A DNA stretch of 64,000 nt from an uncultured beta proteobacterium (GTDB lineage: Bacteria; Pseudomonadota; Gammaproteobacteria; Burkholderiales; Casimicrobiaceae). Each line of letters opens with the position of its first letter. The first letter of the stretch is position 1. The translations under genes were made by a program, and so were the position numbers. The stretch spans positions 45,256-109,255 of the forward strand of contig CAVOXS010000003.1 of NCBI GenBank assembly GCA_963700415.1, given 5' to 3'. Below are positions 48,202 through 58,588 of the stretch, piece after piece. The notes beneath the pieces are model-generated. The model did no database searches, was not told the origin of the DNA, and worked only from the letters and a program-made list of their open reading frames with translations.

Positions 48202-48871
48202 CGAGGCGGCGTTCTCGCGGCGCCGGTACCGCTTCGTCGTCTTCGACTGGGACGGCACGCTGGCCGACTCGACGGCGATCATCGCGGGCGCGCTGCAGCA
48301 GGCGTGCCGCGACATCGGCGAGCCGGTGCCCGACGACGTCGACGCACGCTACGTGATCGGGCTCGGGCTCACCGACGCGCTGCGCCACGTGGCGCCGAAC
48401 CTGCCGCGGGAGCGGCACCCGGATCTCGTCGCGCGCTATCGCCATCACTACATGGCGCGCGACGCGGCGATTCCGCTGTTCGCCGGCGTGCGCGAGATGC
48501 TCTGCGAACTGGACGCTGCCGGTGTTGTGCTCGGCGTGGCCACCGGCAAGTCGCGGGCCGGCCTCGACCACGCGCTGGCCCAGCACGGCGTCGGCGGGTT
48601 CTTCGCGGCGACCCGCTGCGCCGACGAAGGGTTTGCGAAGCCGCATCCGGACATGCTGCTGCGGCTGATGGATCAGGTCGGCGCGGTTCCCGGCGACACG
48701 CTGATGATCGGCGACACCACGCACGATCTCCTGCTCGCGCGCAACGCCGGCGTGGCGGGGCTGGCGGTCGGCTACGGCGCGCACGCGCCGGCCGGGCTTG
48801 CGCAACTGCAGCCGCTGGCGACCCTGCATTCGATCCCGGACCTTCGCGCGTGGCTGCGCGGCAACGCCTGA
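48194..48871 (+). CDS. HAD family hydrolase (phosphoglycolate phosphatase-like)
   Basis: ATG at 48194, overlapping the rluC stop. HAD motifs: FDWDGTLADS, GVATGKS, GDTTHD. Confidence 0.85.
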   Translation: MADEAAFSRRRYRFVVFDWDGTLADSTAIIAGALQQACRDIGEPVPDDVDARYVIGLGLTDALRHVAPNLPRERHPDLVARYRHHYMARDAAIPLFAGVREMLCELDAAGVVLGVATGKSRAGLDHALAQHGVGGFFAATRCADEGFAKPHPDMLLRLMDQVGAVPGDTLMIGDTTHDLLLARNAGVAGLAVGYGAHAPAGLAQLQPLATLHSIPDLRAWLRGNA

Positions 48872-48880
48872 CAGCGGCGC

Positions 48881-48913
48881 GGGGACAGACCCGCGAATCG
48901 GGGTCCGTCCCCC
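48881..48913. repeat. short GGGGACAGACC/GGTCCGTCCCC hairpin repeat between convergent genes
   Basis: ggggacagacccgcgaatcggggtccgtccccc lies 9 nt after the HAD stop and 1 nt before the LuxR stop. It is the only copy of the repeat superfamily I found outside 14.7-27.1 kb. Confidence 0.75.
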
Positions 48914-48914
48914 T

Positions 48915-49712
48915 TCAGACCTCCATCCGGACGATTCCCTGCGCGATGCCCTTGGCGATCGCCTCGTGGCGATTCAGAACGCCGAGCTTGGTGACGATAT
49001 TGGCGAAATGATAGGTCACGCCGCGTTCGGTGATGCCGAGCTTGAAGCCTATTTCGGCGCCGGTCATCCCGTGCGCGGCCATCTGCAGGCACTGCCGTTC
49101 GCGCGCGCTCAACGGCTTGCCCTCGAACTGCGGCGCGATGCCCTTCTCGATCACGCCCTTCACGAACAGCTCGTGGAAGTATTGGCCGAGGATCATCATG
49201 TTGCCCAGGTTGGCCGCGATCTGCGCGCGCCGCGCGTCGTCGATGACGGGCACCGGCGAGCTCAGCGAGACCAGCGTCCGTGCCGGGACGCCGGCGTAGA
49301 CGGGAAACGCGACGCCGCTCGCGACGCCGTGGGCGGCTGCGTCCAGAAGGAAGGCGTCGGTCCTTGCGCTCTTCCCGCGTTCGCTGACCTGATCCCACAC
49401 GAGGGGGAGCGCGCTTTCGAACGAGTAGAGGACCCGCGGGTCGCACTCCACGTAGGCCTGCTGGTCGTAGCGCAGGACCCATTCGCGCGGCAGCGTCGTG
49501 AAATAGTAGATGCGCTCGTCGTTGTTGGGGCGAAGGTGGTAGCTCGCAGTCGCGTAGAGGAACCCGTCGAACCCCAGCCAGCGGGCGATCGCGACCAATG
49601 GGGGAACGAGATCGCCGCCCCGTTCCGCCACCTCGATCAGCTCGAGCAGGAAAGGCGGCAGGTACCTCGACCGATCGACCTGGATCGGCGCCAGACGCAG
49701 CGGTGTCAGCAC
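48915..49712 (-). CDS. LuxR family transcriptional regulator with an autoinducer-binding-type N-terminal domain (no luxI nearby)
   Basis: 265-aa ORF. The C-terminal HTH reads LSARERQCLQMAAHGMTGAEIGFKLGITERGVTYHFANIVTKLGVLNRHEAIA. The N-terminal domain has WVLRYDQQAYVECDPRV. Confidence 0.8.
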   Translation of the reverse strand: MLTPLRLAPIQVDRSRYLPPFLLELIEVAERGGDLVPPLVAIARWLGFDGFLYATASYHLRPNNDERIYYFTTLPREWVLRYDQQAYVECDPRVLYSFESALPLVWDQVSERGKSARTDAFLLDAAAHGVASGVAFPVYAGVPARTLVSLSSPVPVIDDARRAQIAANLGNMMILGQYFHELFVKGVIEKGIAPQFEGKPLSARERQCLQMAAHGMTGAEIGFKLGITERGVTYHFANIVTKLGVLNRHEAIAKGIAQGIVRMEV

Positions 49713-49750
49713 GAAAGGCTCCCGTCAGGAGGTCGCCGGATCGGCGCGTC

Positions 49751-50216
49751 TCATCGCTTCGGTGCCGGCAGGCCCGTGACGACGTCGCCGGCCCGGATCC
49801 CGCGCGCGGCGAACCAGCCCTTGCGCATTTCGAGCGCGTAGGGCACCGGTCCCTTCGACCAGTGCGAGGTTCTCGTCGTGCGGCGCCATGTCGTCGATGT
49901 TGACGATGCGGCCATCCTGCGCGATGAAGGCGATCGACAGCGGAATGAACGTGTTCTTCATCCAGAACGCCTGCGGCTCCGCGCGCTCGAACACGAACAA
50001 CATCCCCTGATCGGGCCGGATGCTGAAGCGGTGCATCAGCCCCGTCGAGCGCTGCTCGGGCGTCGCCGCGACCTCGGCGGTGATCGCGTGGCCGTTGATC
50101 GACAGCGGGACCGTGGGCAGCGGGGCGGGCAGCGCGGCGGCGTGGGCGACCGGCGCGATGACGAGCGCGGCGGCGAGCAGGCAGGCGCGGCTGAGCATGG
50201 GGGCAGGCCCTTCCAT
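49751..50216 (-). pseudogene. DUF192 domain-containing protein, +1 frame break near 49862
   Basis: A signal-like MLSRACLLAAALVIAPVAHA and ...AEVAATPEQRSTGLMHRFSIRPDQGMLFVFERAEPQAFWMKNTFIPLSIAFI...DMAPHDENL are in one frame. WSKGPVPYALEMRKGWFAARGIRAGDVVTGLPAPKR* is in the next. Confidence 0.75.
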
Positions 50217-50228
50217 CGCGGCTTCGCC

Positions 50229-51169
50229 TCAGGCGCCTCGGGCTTCGGCGCCGGACAGCGCCGCGTCGACCGTCGCGCGACCGAGCGCCGGGGCAAAGAG
50301 GCGTATGAACTCGTAGCAGTAGCCGCGCAGGAACGTGCCGCGGCGAACGGCGAGGCGCGTCGTCGACGGCGCGAACAGATGCCCGGCGTCGAGTTTCACG
50401 AAGGCGCGGTCGCGCTCCGGGTCGTGGGCCATCTGCGCGACGATGCCCACGCCCATTCCGAGCTCGACGTAGGTCTTGATCACGTCGGAATCGAGCGCGG
50501 TGAGCACGACGTTCGGCACGAGCCCCTCGGCAGTGAACGCGGCGTTGATCTGCGAGCGGCCCGTGAACGCGAAGTCGTAGGTGATGATCGGGATGGCGGG
50601 CGAGCGCCGCGAGCGTCAGCACTTTCACGTCCGCCAGCGGGTGCCCGCGCGGAACGAGCACGCAGCGGTTCCATTGGTAGCAGGGCATCGTCACGAGATC
50701 GGGGAACGAAGCCAGCGCCTCGGTGGCGATCCCGATGTCGGCATCGCCGCGCGCAGTGTGTTCGGCCACCTGGACCGGATTGCCCTGGTGCAGCGCGAGC
50801 TTGACGCGGGGAAAGCGGGCGGCGAAATCGCGGACCACGCGGGGCAGCACGTAGCGCGCCTGCGTGTGCGTGGTGGCAATGGCGAGGGTGCCTTCGTTTT
50901 CATTCTTGAATTCGGCCCCGACGCGCTTCACGTTCTCGACTTCCCGCAGCGCGCGGCGGGCGGTGGCGATCACCGCCTCGCCGGCCGGCGTCACCGACGC
51001 GATGCGCTTGCCGATGCGCACGAAGACCCGGACGCCGAGCTCGTCTTCCAGCTGCCGCACCTGCTTGCTCACGCCGGGCTGCGACGTGAACAAGCGCGGC
51101 CGCGGCGTCCGACACGTTGAGACCGTGGTCGACGATGGCGCAAAGGTAGCGCAATTGCTGAAGGTTCAA
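50229..51169 (-). pseudogene. CysB/Cbl family LysR-type transcriptional regulator, two +1 frame breaks near 51090 and 50591
   Basis: TTG start, MNLQQLRYLCAIVDHGLNVSDAAAAL. Then FTSQPGVSKQVRQLEDELGVRVF...ATTHTQARYVLP...MPCYQWNRCVLVPRGHPL...LARHP. Then IITYDFAFTGRSQINAAF...DSDVIKTYVELGMGVGIV...FLRGYCYEFIRLFAP. It closely parallels E. coli CysB. The span is 941 nt (3n+2). Confidence 0.85.
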
Positions 51170-51259
51170 GGGGCCGGCGCCTGGGCAGGTTAGAATTCGT
51201 CGCAATTATAGAGCCGCGCCTTGGCCTGTTTCGGCGAGCCGCGGTTCGCCACGCCGATC

Positions 51260-51887
51260 ATGGCTCAATTCTTCCAGGTGCACCCCGCCAATCCCCAGCC
51301 GCGTCTCATCCGGCAGGCGGCGGCCATCCTGCGCGCCGGCGGCGTGATCGCCTATCCCACGGACTCGAGCTATGCGCTCGGCTGCCACGTCGGCGACGCG
51401 GCGGCGGCCCGGCGCATCCGGCAGGTCCGCGGCGTCGACGAAGGACACCACCTGACACTCGTGTTGCGGGATCTTTCGGAGATCGGTCATTTCGCCAAGG
51501 CTCGACAACCGGCAATTCCGGATCGTCCGCCAGGGCACCCCGGGCACTTACACCTTCCTGCTGCCGGCAACGCGCGAGGTGCCGCGGCGGCTGCAGCACC
51601 CGAAGCGCAGCACGGTCGGCGTGCGCGTGCCGGATCATGCCGTCGTGCAGGCGCTGCTTGCGGAACTGGGCGAGCCCATCCTGTCGTCGACGCTGATTCT
51701 TCCGGGCGCCGTCGAGCCGCTCAACGACGCCGAGGCGATCCGGGACGCGCTGGGCCGGGTGCTCGATCTGATCATCGACGCCGGGGCCTGCGCCGCGGCG
51801 CCCACGACCGTCGTCGATCTCGCGGTGGAGCCGGCCGTCATCGTGCGGCTCGGCGCCGGCGATCCGGCACGCCTCGGGCTGGAGTGA
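51260..51887 (+). pseudogene. YciO-type Sua5/YrdC/YwlC family protein (threonylcarbamoyl-AMP synthase-like), +1 frame break near 51499
   Basis: MAQFFQVHPANPQPRLIRQAAAILRAGGVIAYPTDSSYALGC...LSEIGHFAK reads in one frame. LDNRQFRIVRQGTPGTYTFLLPATREVPRRLQHPKRSTVGVRVPDH...PTTVVDL reads in the next. The span is 628 nt (3n+1). It is collinear with E. coli YciO from memory. Confidence 0.8.
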
Positions 51888-52020
51888 TCGGGGCCGGAGG
51901 CCGGTACCGACGAGAATGGCTTTCCCGGCGTGGGTGGGCCATGCCGAAATGCCCTCCCGCCGCTTCCCCGATCCCGGTTGCCGGGCGGACCGGGCCGGAC
52001 TCGGGTAAAATGATCGGCCA

Positions 52021-52674
52021 ATGGATTTTTCGCTCGCGACCATCGTGCTCTGGGCGGTGCCGGTGGTCTTCGCGATCACGTTGCACGAAGCCGCGCACGG
52101 CTATGTCGCCAAGCTGTTCGGCGACCAGACGGCCTGGATGCTGGGCCGGGTGACGGCCAATCCGATCAAGCATATCGATTTCGTGGGGACGATCCTGGTT
52201 CCGGGGATGCTGCTGTTGCTCGCCAAGTTCGGCAGCCCGGCATTCATTTTCGGCTGGGCGAAGCCGGTGCCCGTTAATTTCGGCAACCTGCGCAATCCGA
52301 AGCGGGACATGTTCTGGGTCGCCGGTGCGGGTCCGCTCGCCAATTTCGCGATGGCCATCGCCTGGGGCTTCCTGCTCAAGGCGGCCGTGCCGGGCGGTTT
52401 CCTGGCAAGCAGCGGCCTGATGCAGATGGCGAGTGCGGGGATCAAGGTCAATCTGATGTTGATGGCATTGAATCTGCTTCCGATTCTTCCGCTCGACGGC
52501 GGCCGCATCGCGGTCAGCCTGCTGCCGCATTCGATCGCCTCGAGCTATGCACGGCTGGAGCCCTACGGCTTCATGATCGTCATCGTGCTGCTGGCGACGG
52601 GGATTCTGATCGACCTGATGCAGCCGATCCTTCGGCTCGCCGAGATCGTTCTCGGCGCGATCCTCGGCCTGTGA
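52021..52674 (+). CDS. site-2 protease (M50) family membrane metalloprotease
   Basis: 217-aa ORF with HEAAHG (HExxH) in the first TM region, LNLLPILPLDGG, and multiple TM helices. Confidence 0.85.
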   Translation: MDFSLATIVLWAVPVVFAITLHEAAHGYVAKLFGDQTAWMLGRVTANPIKHIDFVGTILVPGMLLLLAKFGSPAFIFGWAKPVPVNFGNLRNPKRDMFWVAGAGPLANFAMAIAWGFLLKAAVPGGFLASSGLMQMASAGIKVNLMLMALNLLPILPLDGGRIAVSLLPHSIASSYARLEPYGFMIVIVLLATGILIDLMQPILRLAEIVLGAILGL

Positions 52675-52701
52675 CCCGCTCGCAACTCCAGGAACCTGAA
52701 C

Positions 52702-53904
52702 ATGTTCGTTGATCGCGTCCTTTCGGGCATGCGTCCCACGGGCCGCTGCCACATCGGCCACTACCACGGCGCGCTCAGGAACTGGGTGAAGCTGCAGGAG
52801 GAGTACGAATGCCTGTACTTCGCCGCGGACTGGCATGCGCTGACCACGCACTACGACAGCAGCGAATCGATCTCGGATAGCGTCTGGGAGATGTTCGTCG
52901 ACTGGCTCGCCGCCGGCATCAACCCGGCGCGGGCGACGATCTTCATCCAGTCGCGCGTGCCCGAGCATGCCGAGCTGGCGCTGCTGCTGGGGATGATCAC
53001 GCCGGTGGGCTGGCTCGAGCGCGTGCCGACCTACAAGGACCAGCAGCAGAAGCTCGCCGATCGCGACCTGTCCAACTACGGTTTCCTCGGCTACCCGGTG
53101 ATGCAGGGGGCCGACATCCTCATCTACCGCGCGAACATGGTGCCGGTGGGCGAGGACCAGGTATCGCACATCGAGCTCGTGCGCGAGCTCGCGCGCCGCT
53201 TCAACTTCATCTACGGCCGCGAGGCGGGGTTCGAGGACAAGGCCAAGGCTGCGGTCAAGAAGCTCGGCGCGAAGAAGGCGCGCCGCTACGGCGAATTGCG
53301 GACGGCATTCCAGGAGCAGGGCGACGACGCCGCGCTCGAGGCGGCCAAGGAGCTGCTGAACGAGACGCAGAATCTTTCGCTCGGCGACCGCGAGCGGCTG
53401 TTCGGCTATCTCGAAGGGGCCCGGCGGATGATCCTGCCGGAGCCGGAGCCGCTGCTGACCGCGACCCCCAAAGTGCCGGGCCTGGACGGCCACAAGATGT
53501 CGAAGTCGACCGGCAACGCGATTCTGATGCGCGAGGAGCCCGCCGAGGTCACGCAGAAGATCCGCACGATGCAGACCGATCCGGCGCGGGTGCGCCGCTC
53601 GGACAAGGGCGATCCGGAACGCTGCCCGGTATGGCCGCTGCACGGCATCTACTCGGACGCGGCGACGCGCGAATGGGTGGTCAAGGGCTGCACGACGGCG
53701 GGCATCGGCTGTCTCGACTGCAAGGAGCCGGTGATCAACGCGATCATCCGCGAGCAGGAGCCTATCCGCGAGCGGGCGCAGCAGTATCTCGATGATCCGC
53801 AGCTCGTGCGCAACATCGTTGCCGACGGCTGCGAGCGCGCCCGCAAGCTGGCCGAGGAGACGATGCGCGACGTTCGCGCCGCCATGGGGCTGGATTACAC
53901 ATGA
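52702..53904 (+). CDS. trpS: tryptophan--tRNA ligase (long form)
   Basis: 400-aa ORF with the class I signatures GRCHIGHYHG (HIGH-like) and KMSKS, and a GEDQVSHIEL motif. Confidence 0.9.
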   Translation: MFVDRVLSGMRPTGRCHIGHYHGALRNWVKLQEEYECLYFAADWHALTTHYDSSESISDSVWEMFVDWLAAGINPARATIFIQSRVPEHAELALLLGMITPVGWLERVPTYKDQQQKLADRDLSNYGFLGYPVMQGADILIYRANMVPVGEDQVSHIELVRELARRFNFIYGREAGFEDKAKAAVKKLGAKKARRYGELRTAFQEQGDDAALEAAKELLNETQNLSLGDRERLFGYLEGARRMILPEPEPLLTATPKVPGLDGHKMSKSTGNAILMREEPAEVTQKIRTMQTDPARVRRSDKGDPERCPVWPLHGIYSDAATREWVVKGCTTAGIGCLDCKEPVINAIIREQEPIRERAQQYLDDPQLVRNIVADGCERARKLAEETMRDVRAAMGLDYT

Positions 53905-54737
53905 GCGTCGTGACGAGCCCCATCGACCTCGTCGCGCAGGGTGGCGGAGCGGTGGCCAAGGTCTACGGCGAGCCGATGCTCGAGCTGCCGCACGACCTCT
54001 ACATTCCGCCGGAGGCGCTCGAGGTCTTCCTCGACACGTTCGAGGGCCCGCTCGATCTGCTCCTCTACCTGATCCGCAGGCAGAACATCAACGTGCTCGA
54101 GATCCCGATGGCGGAGCTCACGCGACAGTACCTCGGGTACGTGGAGATGATGCGGCGCACCCAGCTCGAGCTTGCGGCCGAATACCTGCTGATGGCCGCC
54201 GTCCTCATCGAGATCAAGTCGCGGCTGCTGCTGCCGAAGCCCCCGGCAGCGCCGGGCGCCGAGCCGGAAGATCCCCGCGCGGAGCTGGTCCGCCGGTTGC
54301 TCGAGTACGAGCGGATGAAGAAGGCGGCCCGCGAGATCGACGCGCTGCCGCTCGCCGACCGCGATTTCGCGCTGGTGCGGGTCTGGTTCGATCGGGCCGC
54401 CTCGGCGCGCCTGCCTGACGTCTGCCCCGAGGATCTGCGCGCCGCCTGGGCGGGACTCCTTGCGCGGGCGCGAATCAACCGGCATCATCTCGTCAGCCGC
54501 GAGCGGCTCTCGGTGCGGGCGGAGATGAGCCGCGTCCTGAAGGCGCTGGAGCCCGCGCGCTTCGCCGAGTTCACGACGCTGTTTGCGCAGCACGCCGACG
54601 TGCCGCACCTCATCGTGACGTTTCTCGCGCTGCTCGAGCTCGCCCGGGAACAGCTCGTGAGCATTGCGCAGGCGGAGCCGTATGCGCCGATCTATGCGCA
54701 ACTGACCGGCGGCCCGGCCTTCGCGCTGGCATCCTGA
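53901..54737 (+). CDS. scpA: segregation and condensation protein A
   Basis: 278-aa ORF with FEGPLDLLLYLIRRQNINVLEIPMAELTRQYL. ATGA overlap with trpS. It is followed by scpB. Confidence 0.9.
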   Translation: MSVVTSPIDLVAQGGGAVAKVYGEPMLELPHDLYIPPEALEVFLDTFEGPLDLLLYLIRRQNINVLEIPMAELTRQYLGYVEMMRRTQLELAAEYLLMAAVLIEIKSRLLLPKPPAAPGAEPEDPRAELVRRLLEYERMKKAAREIDALPLADRDFALVRVWFDRAASARLPDVCPEDLRAAWAGLLARARINRHHLVSRERLSVRAEMSRVLKALEPARFAEFTTLFAQHADVPHLIVTFLALLELAREQLVSIAQAEPYAPIYAQLTGGPAFALAS

Positions 54738-54762
54738 CCCGAATCGACACCACGGTAGCACG

Positions 54763-55452
54763 ATGGACGACATGCAGGAAAAGAGGAACATCGTCGAGGC
54801 GGCGCTGCTCGCGGCCGGGGAACCGGTCGCCGCGGGGGCGCTGGCAAAGCTGTTCGATCCCGCTCTCGATACGGGAGCGGTGCACGAGCTCCTGGACGAT
54901 CTTGCCCGAAGCTGGACCGGAAAGAGCGTCGAGCTCGTGCAGGTTGCAACGGGTTGGCGGTTTCAATGCAAGCCCGCCGTCCAGTCCTACCTCGACCGGC
55001 TGACGCCGGAAAAGCCGCCGCGCTACTCGCGTGCGGTGATGGAAACGCTGGCGATCATCGCCTATCAGCAACCCGTGACCCGCGGCGACATCGAAGCCAT
55101 CCGCGGTGTCGCCGTGTCCACCAACATCGTCAAGACGCTGGAGGACCGCCAATGGGTCGAAGTGGTCGGCCACCGCGAGACGCCGGGCCGACCGGCGCTC
55201 TACGCGACCACCAAGACCTTCCTCGACGATCTCGGACTTGCCGCTCTGTCGGAGCTGCCCTCGCTGGCCGAGCTCGACGCTTCCCACCTGCTGGAGAACA
55301 CCGATGCAACCACCCAAGCCGCCGAAGCGCAACTCGCGCTCGCGATCCCGATCGTGGCACCGCCCGCCGACCGGCCCGATGCACCAGCCGAGCCTGGCGC
55401 TGCAGCAGATCACGGAGGGCATGACGCCCCCGCGTCACCGCTCCTCCACTGA
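54763..55452 (+). CDS. scpB: SMC-Scp complex subunit ScpB
   Basis: 229-aa ORF with [42 protein letters not shown], and [18 protein letters not shown]. Confidence 0.9.
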   Translation: MDDMQEKRNIVEAALLAAGEPVAAGALAKLFDPALDTGAVHELLDDLARSWTGKSVELVQVATGWRFQCKPAVQSYLDRLTPEKPPRYSRAVMETLAIIAYQQPVTRGDIEAIRGVAVSTNIVKTLEDRQWVEVVGHRETPGRPALYATTKTFLDDLGLAALSELPSLAELDASHLLENTDATTQAAEAQLALAIPIVAPPADRPDAPAEPGAAADHGGHDAPASPLLH

Positions 55453-57167
55453 CGACATCTTCACCGAGCCGCAGCGCCTGCACAAAGTGCTGGCGTCGTG
55501 CGGCTTCGGCTCGCGCCGCGCAATGGAGGAAATGATCCTCGCCGGCCGCATCACCGTGAACCGCGAGCCCGCCGACGTCGGCCAGAAGGTCGGGCCGGGC
55601 GACGAGGTGCGGATCAACGGCGAACTCGTGAAAGTCCGCTTTGCCGAGCCGCGCGCGCGCATCCTGATGTACCACAAGACCGCCGGCGAGATCGTCACCC
55701 GCGACGATCCCGAGGGACGGCCGACGGTGTTCGAGAAGTTGCCGAACATCGGCCACGGCAAGTGGATCGCGATCGGGCGCCTCGACTTCAACACCGAGGG
55801 GCTGCTGCTGTTCACGAATTCCGGCGATCTCGCGAACAAGATGATGCACCCGCGCTACGAGGTCGAGCGCGAGTACGCGGTCCGCGTGATGGGCCTGTTG
55901 ACGCCCGAGCAGCAGCAGGCGCTGCTGACGGGCATCGAGCTCGAGGACGGACCGGGCAAGGTCGAGAAGATCGAGGACGGAGGCGGCGAGGGCTCCAACC
56001 ACTGGTATCACGTGGTGCTGAAGGAAGGGCGCAATCGCGAAGTGCGGCGCCTGTTCGAGGCGCTCGGCCTCACCGTGAGCCGACTCATTCGCACGCGCTA
56101 CGGGCCCGTGGCCATGCCCTCGCGCGTGAAGCGCGGGCAGGTCCTCGAGCTGACGCCGGACGAGGTGGGTGCCGTGCTGGTGACGGCCGGCATGCGCTTC
56201 ACCGGGCCCTCGCCGCACAAGCAGGGACAGGGCGGGCGCGGGCAGGGCAAGGGTCCGCGGCAGCCGGGTCGGGGTCAGCGGGAAGGCGCAGTCGATGGAC
56301 CGAGGCGCGAGCCCGACCCGCAAGCGGACTTGTCGGCGGATCCTGATTCTGCCGTCGAGTTCGAAGGGATCGAGCCGGGCAACAGCGTCCATGGCCTGCC
56401 CACGCACGGCAATACGCCCGTCGGCAAGTTCTTCAGCAAGACCCACGGCAAGCCACACGGGCGACCGCAGGGGCAGGGCTGGCCACGGCGCTCCGGGCCC
56501 GGCCAGGGCCACGGGGCACGCCCCTACGGGCAACATGGGCGGCCGCAGGGCGGCAAACCGCGGCACGGCGAAACGCGCGGCGGATACGGTTCGGCGTCGC
56601 CCTATGTCATGACGACGCTCACGGTTCCGGGCGCCGTGCCGGAGGGGCTGCCGGGAACGGGAGCCCCGCGACCGCAGGGAGCCGGTCGCGGCCACGGTCC
56701 CAAGGGTCAGGGTCGGGGCCATGGACCCGGCGGGCAAGCCCGCGGCAACGGCCCCGGCGGGCCGGGTCGAGGCAAGGGACCGGGCGCGCCGGGGTACGGC
56801 AACGGACCCCAACCGACCGGGCAGCGGCAACGGGCCCGGCGTGCCGGTCGCAGGTCAGGGCAAGAAGCGCAGCCGTGGCAAACGGAATCGGCGCGGACCC
56901 GATTCGGAAGCGCTGCCGGGGAACGTTGCCCCGCGCGTGGAGCGGCCGGCGGACATCGACGACGATATCGGCAATCGCCAGCCGCGAGCGCCGAGGAGCG
57001 ACACCATGCCGCGCCCCGACGCGCCGCGTGCCGCGGTTCCGGCCGGCGTCGACGACGACTTCGGCAATCGCAAGGCACGCGAACCGAAGCAGCAGTCGAA
57101 TGCGGGCAACGAGGCGCCGCGAGCGGACCGGCCCGCCGTCATCGACGACGATTTCGGCAATCGCTGA
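55421..57167 (+). pseudogene. rluB: 23S rRNA pseudouridine(2605) synthase RluB with a long Gly/Arg/Pro-rich tail, +1 frame break around 56790-56840
   Basis: It has the S4 domain ([30 protein letters not shown]), the catalytic [18 protein letters not shown], and [10 protein letters not shown]. The tail continues in the +1 frame to TGA at 57165-57167 with three DDD[IF]GNR motifs. The start is uncertain (ATG at 55304, 55379 or 55421). Confidence 0.8.
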
Positions 57168-57243
57168 TTGCGAGGGCGGCGAGGGTCGGCGCCCCGTTCG
57201 CACCGCAAGGGCGGGGCGGGCACCGGCCCCGCTCGCAACCGGA

Positions 57244-58452
57244 TTACTCGCGCGGCCCGTTCCGGGGCTCCGGGTTCCGGAACGGGCTTGCGGCCTCGAG
57301 TTCGTGGATGGCATGCGCGACGTCGACACGTTCGCGTGCGCAGAAGGCCTCGATCGCGCGCGCGAATTCGGCGTCCGCGATCGCGTGCGCCGACCACGTC
57401 GGCACGGGCACGAGGCCCCGAGCCAGCTTGTGCACGCCCTGCGCGCCGCCTTCGAAGCGCGCGATCTTGCGCTCGATGCAGAAGTCGATCGCCTGGTAGT
57501 AACAGGCTTCGAAGTGCAGACCGGACACCTGTTCGGTCGTCCCCCAGTACCGGCCCCAGAGCGTCTGCTGATCGAAGATGTCGAGCGCGGCGCAGATCGC
57601 GGCGTCGCCGCGGTGACCGAGCGCCAGCATGACGTTGTCGGGCATGGTGGCGCCGATGCGCTCGAAGAACGCGAGGTTCAGGTACGGCGTCGAGTGATGT
57701 TCGCGGTACGTATTCTCGTAGCAGCGGTAGAAGAACGCCCAGTCCGCGGCGGTAATCTCGGCGCCGACCTTGCGCGTGAACGCCACGCCGGCGCCGGCGA
57801 CCCTGCGCCGTTCCTGTTTCACCTTCTTGCGCTTGTCGTGGTTGAACGTCGCCAGAAAATCGGCGAAGTCGCGATAGCCCGGATTTTCCCAGCGGAACTG
57901 GACGCCGTGGCGGACGGTCATGCCGGCCGCCGCGCACGCGCGGGCCTCGGCCGCCGTGGGGAACAGCACATGCAACGACGAGAACGGCGGATCGCCGCTG
58001 CCCGGCGCCGGCTGCAATCGCGCGCGCGCCGCCTGCAGCAGCGCGGCGCTCGCCGCATCGTCGGAGGTCAACAGCCGGCGCCCCGGCGCCGGGGTGAACG
58101 GAATCGCGGCCAGCAGCTTCGGGTAGTAGCGGCGCCCGTATCGGCGGTAGGCATCGGCCCAGGCCCAGTCGAACACGTACTCGCCGTACGAGTGCGCCTT
58201 GGCGTAGAGAGGCAGGGCCCCGACGAGCGCGTCCGCGCGCCAGGCGGTGAGATAGCACGGCGACCACCCCGCGGCCGGCGCGGCGCAGCCGGTCTCGTGC
58301 AGCGCGGAAAGGAACGCGTGGCAGACGAGAGGCGTCCCCCCGGTCAGGGCGTCCCAGGCGGCGGGCGCGATCGACGCGATGCCGACGTCGTCACGGATGG
58401 TCAGCAGGCTGGCGGGCGTCGTGCGGGAAGTGGAGGAACGGTCGGCGTCCAT
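57244..58452 (-). CDS. GNAT family N-acetyltransferase (FemAB-like / former DUF482)
   Basis: The ORF is 416 aa. The likely start is the second Met (MDADRSS) at 58452. Family-like segments: [78 protein letters not shown]. Confidence 0.75.
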   Translation of the reverse strand: MDADRSSTSRTTPASLLTIRDDVGIASIAPAAWDALTGGTPLVCHAFLSALHETGCAAPAAGWSPCYLTAWRADALVGALPLYAKAHSYGEYVFDWAWADAYRRYGRRYYPKLLAAIPFTPAPGRRLLTSDDAASAALLQAARARLQPAPGSGDPPFSSLHVLFPTAAEARACAAAGMTVRHGVQFRWENPGYRDFADFLATFNHDKRKKVKQERRRVAGAGVAFTRKVGAEITAADWAFFYRCYENTYREHHSTPYLNLAFFERIGATMPDNVMLALGHRGDAAICAALDIFDQQTLWGRYWGTTEQVSGLHFEACYYQAIDFCIERKIARFEGGAQGVHKLARGLVPVPTWSAHAIADAEFARAIEAFCARERVDVAHAIHELEAASPFRNPEPRNGPRE

Positions 58453-58588
58453 GCGCAGACAGTCGATTCTCGCGTGCGCCGGGACCGGCGGCAAGGACGG
58501 TGTGGCGAAGGCAAGCGCCGGGGCGCGGGCGGCACGGCGGAGCGCAGGCCGTGCATGCTAGTATTTTCGTCGTGCACATTGGCCTGCC

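Noticed and set aside
51838-56830. Long minus-strand ORFs 51838..53643 (601 aa) and 55130..56830 (566 aa).
   Set aside because: They are antisense shadows of M50/trpS and rluB respectively, with Arg/His/Asp-rich low-complexity translations and no motifs.
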